Notes under the pieces: model-generated
Told to the model about the DNA's origin: nothing
The model's input: the letters and a program-made list of their open reading frames with translations, nothing else
Databases searched by the model: none
Assembly (NCBI RefSeq): GCF_964355755.1
Contig: NC_092677.1
Coordinates: 7,090,101 to 7,154,100 of the forward strand
Reading direction: 5' to 3'
Length of the DNA: 64,000 nucleotides
Source of the DNA: Antedon mediterranea
Taxonomy: Eukaryota > Animalia > Echinodermata
Shown: in pieces, positions 41,551-52,620 of the stretch
Layout: the number at the start of each line of letters is the position of its first letter
How positions within the stretch are numbered: position 1 is the stretch's first letter
Program-made: the position numbers and the translations under genes

Positions 41551-42440
41551 GCATCGGTCGCCGGATTTAATAACCAGTAGCACTAAGGTGGTTATTTACA
41601 TAAACCAGGTGTGATGCTGTGGAAACAAAATTAATCAAATTCATTTATTGTCACTTCCATTGAGTTAGTTGCATCTAGGAAGCAATATTATATCTTTGTA
41701 ATTGATTATTATAATTATTATTCAACTAAATTTAAAGATTGTATATAGTTTTAAATGGGATAGAAAGAAAATGGAGATGATTTTAGAAAAGTCATTTCTC
41801 ATTAAATTATAAACGATTAGTAATATAATTTTTTTATCTATATATCACATGTAAAATAAAATCTAAAGCACTTAAGTAATAATCAAATTAAATTATGACT
41901 CACTTCCTTTTAAAAAATACCTTACCCATATTTTTTAAAGAAATGTTTTGTTCCTTCGAAGCATTATAAATATATATATATATAATTTTACCTTTCACTA
42001 GTACTAGGTCTACCAGTGGATACCTTCTGGGTTCTCTTAATAGAGGTGTCCCCTTCACGTACTTTAATAATATAGTTTATGAAGGCTAGGCTATCAAGTG
42101 AAATACACTTGCAGATCAGTCAACCTGTTGAGTGATGTGACTATAGCTCCTTTGAATCAACCAATCGGGTGCAGAGATTTATATTGCTGCTGCCAATCGG
42201 ATACATACTTTTAAAATCTGAGCACAATTATGTTATCTATTACAACAAACTAATAGGCATGCTGATTTCTGTTAACTGAAGTGAATGTGCAACAGATTGG
42301 ACGAGATATTTATTCATTGGAGTTCCTATGCAAAACATACCATCATTACAATGCCCTCATCAAAGTGAGATCCAGCTATCATTTTGATGATAGGGGTGAT
42401 TGGTTAAATGTCTACTGTCATGTATGTTCACCCCTACAAC

Positions 42441-42745
42441 TGCGTTCACACTGATTCGGTCAGGTCGGCGGCGAGCATTATTTTTTCCTGTCGGGTTCAG
42501 ACAGCAATTATGAATTATTCAGCTAAGTTGTATAGATATATACTATCATACATGTTTTTTTTTTTTATTGAGAGAATATTTAGAAGGTTAGGTTAAGGTT
42601 AGAAAATAATTTCATATATTCATAATATCTGCCTTTAACGTGATAGGAGGAAAAAAAAAATGTTTTGTAGGGAATCTGAAATGATTTAGCATGATCGGTT
42701 CTATTTATACGGCCACTACCCGAATCCGTACACAGTGTGAATGCA
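42441..42745. mobile_element. Degenerate MITE
   Basis: tgcgttcacactg ... cagtgtgaatgca inverted ends. Confidence 0.45.
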
Positions 42746-43887
42746 TCTTAAACATGATCAGGTGCAGGTAGTCCGTACCTCTATTTTGATTTATATAGGT
42801 ACTGGTGGTTCAGTTGCATTTTAATTTAGTGAATGTGGTTGAAAAATACCGTGTATGTTGTTAGGAAGATGTTTTAATTAATCACAAAGTGGATTAAGTG
42901 AATTTGAAGGGGTATGCATAAAGTTTTGAGTATAACAATATTTTTTGTAGTACAAGAAATCTACAACAAATGCTCCAATATAATTACCCTTTTCACATCT
43001 GCGCAGTATCCAGGTTTACGTAGTGTGAATCCAATTTTGTGGGAGGAGGGGTGGGGAGAGGACCAAGAAAGATTAGTAATTATTTGGTGTCTCGAGTGTA
43101 AGATTACAAATTTACTCTTCCCTGGTCCCAACTTCTCATCTTGTGACTTGGCAAGGTTCGCGAATGATGACAACGTGTAATACATCGAGAGATCAAAATA
43201 TACATATATACAGATGTGACAAGGGTATAATAAAAACACTAAAGATTCACCTAAATCCGAACACTATTTTGTTTTTTTTTGTTAGTAAGTTACTCTATAC
43301 AGATGAGCATGGAAAAATATTTTGGTATTGATTATTTTTTAACGTATTCGTTCTGCCTCTTGATTAATATAAAGAAAATCATGACTATAATTGTAAATGT
43401 ATGTTAAATGTATAAAACTCATAATGATTGCACTACTAATTTAATTGTGCATATTATATGGATGGTATATATTTGGGCATATTAAAAAAAATAGAATTTA
43501 TTTAATGTATTTTGTATGAAATAAGGTTTTATGGGGATACAAAAATAATATGTGTGTGCGTGTGTCAAGAATGATTAATTATTCAGGTCAGAGGTTATAT
43601 GGTATAACACGTTAACTTTACCATAATTAGTATGAATTTAATTTTGTGTACATATAAAATGAAAAGATATGAAATGCGTTTTAAAACAATTGCAGATTTT
43701 TTTCACTGTAACTCTGGCTTTTTGATGTTGTTATTCCTTGATAATTAAACAGCAAAATTGAGAGGTAAATTAATAGTAATAGTCGTTTATTTTATAATAA
43801 AAATTATCTTAGTAGATAATCATTCTGTGTGAAAAGCATGTATGATGGAAATGTCCAAAAAACGACTTTATTCTCTGTAGTACTATA

Positions 43888-44081
43888 GTACAGAGTTACT
43901 ATGGCTTACTATTTTTCAAAAATGGCCAAATTTCGAACCTTTATTTTTCGACAAAACTGGTTTCTATGGCACTATAAGATGATGATAATGCAATATATGA
44001 TAATATATAGCATTATTATCGCATATTAATTGAATAAAAAAAACCTGATATTTTGGTGATTTTTCGAAAAAATCCTTGTAC
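43888..44081 (+). repeat. Left flanking TATA-bounded unit (direct repeat of 49860-50040)
   Basis: TATA|gtacag...aaatggccaaatttcgaacc...tttcgaaaaaatccttgtac|TATA. Confidence 0.8.
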
Positions 44082-44085
44082 TATA

Positions 44086-47000
44086 CTGCCCCGTCATGAA
44101 AGAAACGACTCAACTGCATAAAGCAAAGTTTTGAGATAATCAACAAAACGTGTTCTTGTTTTAGCTCTTCACGTGTGGAGATAATATTATTTTGATTAGC
44201 TTAATAAACATGCGCAGAGGCGAATAATGGGTTCTGCGCATGTCAATTGTGCTATACTAACCAGTTTTATCAAAAAATATAAAGGTCGAAAATTTGCCAT
44301 TTTTTGAAAAATCCCTGTACTATAGTACAGGGAAATTTTCAAAAAATGACCGATTTTCGACCGTTTTATTTTTGGACATAAATGGTTACTATTGAAAAAT
44401 AAACATGCGCAGAGTCGAATAATGGGTTCTGTGCATGTCAATTGTGCCATAGTAACCAGTTTTATCGAAAAATAAAAAGGTCAAAATTTGCCCTTTTTGG
44501 AAAAATCCCTGTACTATAGTACAGGAAAATTTTTGAGAAATGGCCGATTTCCGACCCTTTTATTTTTCGATAAAACTGGTTACTATAGCACAATTGACAT
44601 GCGCAGAGTCGAATAATGGGTTCTGAGCATGTCAATTGTGCTATAGTAACCAGTTTTGACATAAATGGTTACTATAGCATAATAAACATGTGCAGAGGCG
44701 AATAATGGGTTCTGCGCATGTCAATTGTGCTATAGTAACCAGTTTTATCGAAAAATAAAAAGGTAGAAAATTTGCAATTTTTTGAAAAATCCCTGTACTA
44801 TAGTACAGGAAAATTTCCGAAAAATGGCCGATTTTTTACCCTTTTATTTTTTGACATAAATGGTTACTATTGCATAATAAACATCCGCAGAGACGAATAA
44901 TGGGTTCTGCGCATATAAATTGTGCTATAGTAACGAGTTTTGGCATAAATGGTTACTATAGCATAATAAACATGCGCAGAGGCGAATAATGTGTTCTGCG
45001 CATGTCAATTGTGCTATAGTAACCAGTTTTATCGAAAAATAAAAAGGTCAAAAATTTGCCATTTTTTGAAAAATCCCTGTAGTACAGGAAAATTTCCGAA
45101 AAATGGCCGATTTTCGACCCTTTTATTTTTTGACATAAATGGTTACTATTGCATAATAAACATGCGCAGAGACGAATAATGGGTTCTGCGCATATAAATT
45201 GCGCTATAGTAACGAGTTTTGACATAAATGGTTACTATAGCATAATAAACATGCGCAGAGGCGAATAATGTGTTCTGCGCATGTCAATTGTGCTATTGTA
45301 ACCAGTTTTATCGAAAAATAAAAAGGTCGAAAATTTTCAATTTTTTGAAAAATCCCTATACTATAGTACAGGACAATTTCCGAAAAATGGCCGATTTTCG
45401 ACCCTTTTATTTCTTGACATAAATGGTTAATAAACATGCGCAGAGACGAATAATGGGTTCTGCGCATATAAATTGTGCTATAGTAACGAGTTTTGACATA
45501 AATGGTTACTATAGCAAAATAAACATGCGCAGAGGCGAATAATATGTTCTGCGCATGTCAATTGTGCTATAGTAACCAGTTTTATCGAAAAATTTTCAAT
45601 TTTTTGAAAAATCCCTGTACTATAGTACAGGAAAATTTCCGAAAAATGGCCGATTTTCGACCTTTTTATCGAAAAATAAAAAGGTCGAAAATTTGCAATT
45701 TTTTTGAAAAATCCCTGGCCGAAAAATGGCCGATTTTCGACCCTTTTATTTCTTGACATAAATGGTTAATATTGCATAATAAACATGCGCAGAGACGAAT
45801 AATGGGTTCTGCGCATATAAATTGTGCTATAGTAACGAGTTTTGACATAAATGGTTACTATAGCATAATAAACATGCGCAGAGACGAATAATGGGTTCTG
45901 CGCATATAAATTGTGCTATAGTAACGAGTTTTGACATAAATGGTTACTATAGCATAATAAACATGCGCAGAGGCGAATAATGGGCATGTCAATTGTGCTA
46001 TTGTAACCAGTTTTATCGAAAAATAAAAAGTTCGAAAATTTGCAATTTTTTGAAAAATCCCTGTATTATAGTACAGGAAAATTTCCGAAAAATGGCCGAT
46101 TTTTTACCCTTTTATTTTTTGACATAAATGGTTACTATTGCATAATAAACATGCGCAGAGACGAATAATGGGTTCTGCGCATGTCAATTGTGCTATAGTA
46201 ACGAGTTTTGACATAAATGGTTACTATAGCATAATAAACATGCGCAGAGGCGAATAATGTGTTCTGCGCATGTCAATTGTGCTATTGTAACCAGTTTTAT
46301 CGAAAAATAAAAAGGTCGAAAATTTGCAATTTTTTGAAAAATCCCTGTACTATAGTACAGGAAAATTTCCGAAAAATGGCCGATTTTCGACCCTTTTATT
46401 TCTTGACATAAATGGTTAATATGGCATAATAAACATGCGCAGAGACGAATAATGGGTTCTGTGCATATAAATTGTGCTATAGTAACGAGTTTTGACATAA
46501 ATGGTTACTATAGCATAATAAACAAGCGCAGAGGCGAATAATGGGTTCTGCGCATGTCAATTGTGCTATAGTAACCAGTTTTATCGAAAAATAAAAAGGT
46601 AGAAAATTTGCCATTTTTTAAAAAATCCCTGTACTATAGTACAGGAAAATTTCCGAAAAATGGCCGATTTTTTACTCTTTTATTTTTTGACATAAATGGT
46701 TACTATTGCATAATAAACATGCGCAGAGACGAATAATGGGTTCTGCGCATATAAATTGTGCTATAGTAACGAGTTTTGACATAAATGGTTACTATAGCAT
46801 AATAAAGATGCGCAGAGGCGAATAATAAGTTCTGCGCATGTCAATTGTGCTATAGTAACCAGTTTTATCGAAAAATAAAAAGGTCGAAAATTTGCCATTT
46901 TTTGAAAAATTCCTGTACTATTGTACAGGAAAATTTCCGAAAAATGGCCGATTTTCGACCCTTTTATTTCTTGACATAAATGGTTAATATTGCATAATAA

Positions 47001-49855
47001 ACATGCGCAGAGACGAATAATGGGTTCTGCGCATATAAATTGTGCTATAGTAACGAGTTTTGACATAAATGGTTACTATAGCATAATAAACATGCGCAGA
47101 GGCGAACAATGTGTTCTGCGCATGTCAATTGTGCTATAGTAACCAGTTTTATCGAAAAATAAAAAGGTCAAAAATTTGCCATTTTTTGAAAAATCCCTGT
47201 ACTATAGTACAGGAAAATTTCCGAAAAATGGCCGATTTTTTACCCTTTCATTTTTTGACATAAATGGTTACTATTGCATAATAAACATCCGCAGAGACGA
47301 ATAATGGGTTCTGCGCATATAAGTTGTGCTATAGTAACGAGTTTTGACATAAATGGTTACTATAGCATAATAAACATGCGCAGAGGCGAATAATGGGCAT
47401 GTCAATTGTGCTATTGTAACCAGTTTTATCGAAAAATAAAAAGGTCGAAAATTTGCAATTTTTTGAAAAATCTCTGTACTATAGTACAGGAAAATTTCCG
47501 AAAAATGGCCGATTTTCGACCCTTTTATTTCTTGACATAAATGGTTAATATTGCATAATAAACATGCGCAGAGACGAATAATGGGTTCTGCGCATATAAA
47601 TTGTGCTATAGTAACGAGTTTTGACATAAATGGTTACTATAGCATAATAAACATGCGCAGAGGCGAATAATGTGTTCTGCACATGTCAATTGTGCTATAG
47701 TAACCAGTTTTATCGAAAAATAAAAAGGTCAAAAATTTGCCATTTTTTGAAAAATCCCTGTACTATAGTACAGGAATATTTTCGAAAAATGGCCGATTTT
47801 CGACCCTTTTATTTTTCGATAAAACTGGTTACTATAGCACAATTGGCATGCGCAGAGTCGAATAATGGGTTCTGCGCATGTCAATTGTGCTATAGTACCC
47901 AGTTTTGACATAAATGGTTACTATAGCATAATAAACATGCGCAGAGGCGAATACTGGGTTCTGCGCATGTCAATTGTGCTGTAGTACCCAGTTTTGACAT
48001 AAATGGTTACTATAGCATAATAAACATGCGTAGAGGCAAATAATGGGTTCTGCGCATGTCAATTGTGCTATAGTAACCAGTTTTATCGAAAAATAAAAAG
48101 GTAGAAAATTTGCCATTTTTTAAAAAATCCCTGAAAATTTCCGAAAAATGGCCGATTTTTTACCCTTTTATTTTTGACATAAATGGTTACTATTGCATAA
48201 TAAACATGCGCAGAGACGAATAATGGGTTCTGCGCATATAAATTGTGCTATAGTAACGAGTTTTGACATAAATGGTTACTATAGCATAATAAACATGCGC
48301 AGAGGCGAATAATGTGTTCTGCGCATGTCAATTGTGCTATTGTAACCAGTTTTATCGAAAAATAAAAAGGTCGAAAATTTGCAATTTTTTGAAAAATCGC
48401 TGTACAGGGAAATTTTCGAAAAATGGCCGATTTTCGACCCTTTTATTTTTCGATAAAACTGGTTACTATAGCACAATTGACATGCGCAGAGTCGAATAAT
48501 GGGTTCTGCGCATGTCAATTGTGCTATAGTACCCAGTTTTGACATAAATGGTTACTATAGCATAATTAACATGCGCAGAGGCGAATAATGGGTTCTGCGC
48601 ATGTCAATTGTGCTATAGTAACCAGTTTTGACATAAATGGTTACTATAGCATAATAAACATGCGCAGAGGCGAATAATGGGTTCTGCGCATGTCAATTGT
48701 GCTATAGTAACGAGTTTTGACATAAATGGTTACTATAGCATAATAAACATGCGCAGAGGCGAATAATGGGTTCAGCGCATGTCAATTATGCTATAGTAAC
48801 CAGTTTTATCGAAAAATAAAAAGGTCGAAAATTTGCAATTTTTTGAAAAATCCCTGTACTATAGTACAGGAAAATTTCCGAAAAATGGCCGATTTTCGAC
48901 CCTTTTATTTTTGACATAAATGGTTACTATTGCATAATAAACATGCGCAGAGACGAATAATGGGTTCTGCGCATATAAATTGTGCTATAGTAACGAGTTT
49001 TGACATAAATGGTTACTATAGCATAATAAACATGCGCAGAGGCGAATAATGTGTTCTGCGCATGTCAATTGTGCTATTGTAACCAGTTTTATCGAAAAAT
49101 AAAAAGGTCGAAAATTTGCAATTTTTTGAAAAATCGCTGTACAGGGAAATTTTCGAAAAATGGCCGATTTTCGACCCTTTTATTTTTCGATAAAACTGGT
49201 TACTATAGCACAATTGACATGCGCAGAGTCGAATAATGGGTTCTGCGCATGTCAATTGTGCTATAGTACCCAGTTTTGACATAAATGGTTACTATAGCAT
49301 AATTAACATGCGCAGAGGCGAATAATGGGTTCTGCGCATGTCAATTGTGCTATAGTAACGAGTTTTGACATAAATGGTTACTATAGCATAATAAACATGC
49401 GCAGAGGCGAATAATGGGTTCAGCGCATGTCAATTATGCTATAGTAACCAGTTTTATCGAAAAATAAAAAGGTCGAAAATTTGCAATTTTTTGAAAAATC
49501 CCTGTACTATAGTACAGGAAAATTTCCGAAAAATGGCCGATTTTCGACCCTTTTATTTCTTGACATAAATGGTTACTATTGCATAATAAACATGCGCAGA
49601 GACGAATAATGGGTTATGCGCATGCCAATGCTACACTAACCAGTTTTGACATAAATGGTTACTAGAGCATAGCAATAGTAACACACACTTGTAATTGAGT
49701 GGTATTTTGATTTTTAAATTTCATATTTCTAGTTAAAATTTAGAATATCTGAATATACCACAAGGTGTATCATTCCCTAAATAGCCCAAAAAGCTAAAAA
49801 AGTGATTTTTGAAAAAATGTGTCAGTTAAGTCGTTCTTTCATGACAGCTGGGCAG
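44086..49855. mobile_element. 5.77-kb non-autonomous TIR element enclosing a palindromic satellite
   Basis: Left end CTGCCCCGTCATGAAAGAAACGACTCAACTG (44086-44116). Right end reverse complement CTGCCCAGCTGTCATGAAAGAACGACTTAACTG (49823-49855). TATA at 44082-44085 and 49856-49859. No transposase ORF. Confidence 0.8.
44197..49670. repeat. Palindromic satellite array (89-bp and about 106-bp hairpin modules; dominant period 284 bp)
   Basis: Module A: ggttactatagca..acatgcgcaga-loop-tctgcgcatgt..tgctatagtaacc, period 89 when tandem (48541, 48630, 48719). Module B centred on cctgtacTATAgtacagg, about 19 centres, many spaced 284 bp apart. Confidence 0.97.
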
Positions 49856-49859
49856 TATA

Positions 49860-50040
49860 GTTCAGGGATTTTTTTTTAAATGGCCAAATTTCGAACCTTT
49901 TATTTTTTGACATAACTGGTTTCTATGGTACTATAAGATGATGAAAATGCAATATATGATCATTATATAGCAATATTATCGCATAATAATTGAATTTTAA
50001 AAACCTGATATTTGGCCAATTTTCGAAAAAATCCCTGTAC
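49860..50040 (+). repeat. Right flanking TATA-bounded unit with its own inverted ends
   Basis: TATA|gttcagggatttttt...aaaaaatccctgtac|TATA. The interior matches 43912-44081. A third degenerate partial copy lies near 50410-50485. Confidence 0.85.
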
Positions 50041-50074
50041 TATATGCTGTATTTATAGACAACAGCATATGCTG

Positions 50075-50338
50075 ACAATCAAGGGGCCCTCTTGATGAGT
50101 GACAGTGGATGTGTGTATACTAGTACACCGGGGTAACCCCCTACTTGTCTCGAAAGATGTACTAGGTTCTTTGAAGGGCACATGAGCCAGATGTGTACAC
50201 TGGACCTACGGTTTATAGTCCTTATCCAATAATACTCGTTCTACCACCAGAACCATGAAGCGAGTGAGGCTCAAACCCCTAACGATGTTAATATGGCAAG
50301 GTATTGCGGTTCCACTGTCTTAACCATTTGGCCACTCA
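50075..50338 (-). mobile_element. tRNA-headed SINE with a Deu/Nin-like central domain
   Basis: Reverse strand: A-box GTGGCCAAATGG, B-box-like GGGTTTGAGCC, then ggataaggactataaaccgtaggtcc...aaagaacc...agtagggggttaccccggtgt. Confidence 0.7.
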
Positions 50339-50794
50339 TCACGTAACATGCGAAGATCACATGTGATTTAGAGCATGTCACACTTTGATATTGCAACCAG
50401 ATGTCTTTAACACAATATATGCGAATATATTGAAATATTATTGCATAATAATTGAATTGTTAAAAGTCGATATTTTGGCCATTTAAACAAAAAACAATCA
50501 TTTATTTTATTTTCAATTTTAATTAAAAAGACAAAACTATGTACAATCGATTATTGTAATTATAATTATTTTTATTCTTAATTATGAATAATTATTTAAT
50601 CACAAAAACAAGAAAAATGCATCTTTACATAGTTTGTAACAATTTTGTTCCAGTCTTAATACATATTGACCTGCAAAAAAAAAAGACAATGCAATACTTT
50701 TATATTAAATATATGGAATGTATCATAGTTTAAATAAATGTATATCAAAATATGGAACGTTTTATTTCTTTAAAAAAATTCTATTGTCGCACTA

Positions 50795-52305
50795 GTATGG
50801 TGCTATGCACATGATCATGATGGCACTGTAACACTGGTACTCTCTCGCCTGATGCTATGCACATGATCATGATGACACTGTCACACTGGTACTCTCTCGC
50901 CTGATGCCATGCACATGATCATAATGACACTGTCACACTGGTACTCTCTCGCCTGATGCTATGGACATGATCATGATGACACTGTCACACTGGTACTCTC
51001 TCGCCTGATGCTATGCACATGATCATAATGACACTGTCACACTGGCACTCTCTCGCCTGATGCTATGGACATGATCATGATGACACTGTCACACTGGTAC
51101 TCTCTCACCTGATGCTATGCACATGATCATGATGACACTGTCACACTGGTACTCTCTCGCCTGATGCTATGCACATGATCATGATGACACTGTCACACTG
51201 GTACTCTCTCGCCTGATGCTATGCACATGATCATGGTGACACTGTCACACTGGTACTCTCTAGCCTGATGTTATGCACATGATCATGATGACACTGTCAC
51301 ACTGGTACTCTCTAGCCTGATGTTATGCACATGATCATGATGACACTGTCACACTGGTACTCGCTCGCCTGATGTTATGCACATGATCATGATGACACTG
51401 TCACACTGGTACTACTCTAGACTGATGATCATGGTGGCAATAGTACTGTCTAGCCTGATGCTATGCACATGATTATGGTGGCACTGGTACTCTCTAGCCT
51501 GATGCTATGCACATGATCATGGTAACACTGGTAATCTCTAGCCTGATGCTATATGCACATGATTATGGTAACACTGGTACTCTCTAGTCTTATACTATAT
51601 GCACACGATCATGGTAACACTGGTACTCTCTAGTCTTATACTATATGCCCATGATCATGGTAACACTGGTACTCTCTAGCCTGATGATATATGCACATGA
51701 TCATAGTTACACTGGTACTATATAGCCTGATGCTATATGCACATGATTATAGTGACACTGGTACTCTCTAGCCTGATGCTATATGCACATGATCATAGTG
51801 ACACTGGTACTCTCTAGCCTGATGATATATGCACATGATCATAGTGACACTGGTACTATCTAGCCTGGTATTATAGGCACATGCTCATTCTGGCATTGGT
51901 ACTAGTACTACTCTAGACTGATGATTATGGTGGCAATAGTACTGTCTAGCCTGATGATATATGCACATGCTTATGGTGACACCAGTACTCTCTAGTCTTA
52001 TTATGCTATATGCACATGATCGGTAACACAGGTACTCTCTAGCCTGATGCTATGCACATATCGGTAACACAGGTACTCTCTAGCCTGATGCTATGCACAT
52101 GATTATGGTGAAACTGGTACTCCCTGGTCTTATGTATATGCATATGATCATGGTAACACCGTTACTGTCTAGCCTGATGATATAGACACATGATCATGGT
52201 AACACCGTTACTCTCTAGTCTGATGCTATATGCATATGATCATGGTGGCACTGGTGCCCTCTAGTCTGACTCTATGGACATGATCATGGTGGCACTGGTA
52301 CTCTA
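50795..52305 (+). repeat. Two-phase minisatellite: 52-bp units, then 44-46-bp units
   Basis: ctgatgctatgcacatgatcatgatgacactgtcacactggtactctctcgc (about 12 copies to 51420), then ctgatgctat(at)gcacatgatcatggtaacactggtactctctagc (about 20 diverged copies). Confidence 0.95.
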
Positions 52306-52620
52306 TAATGAAACCAATGAAGATGAATTGAATATTCAAACAACACCAGAATTCTGAAAACAAAAACACATCCCATGAGGTATGAAATTACACTGATGTG
52401 TGTACCAATCCAGGGACAGATTGAAAAATGGTCTTTCGGTAGTCATAGATATAAAGCCTAGATTTATACCTATTACCATACTAAAAGTCCACAAAACAAC
52501 AGAGCTGCCCTGCAATCTTAGCACTGTTTTTATTTTAATAATAAAAAAGTTACATAATTATTACAAAATTACACTTATTAAGACAAACCTCTAAGTCTAA
52601 AACAGCCTTTATATTACAAT

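Noticed and set aside
44196-49282. Many similar 60-118 aa ORFs (MSKLVTIAQ...) suggesting a tandem gene family
   Set aside because: They are translations of the palindromic satellite on both strands. Frames break at random indels and there is no splice or domain signal.
44197-49670. CRISPR-like or attC-like array of palindromic repeats
   Set aside because: There are no unique spacers or cassettes between repeats, no cas or integrase gene, and the context is eukaryotic.
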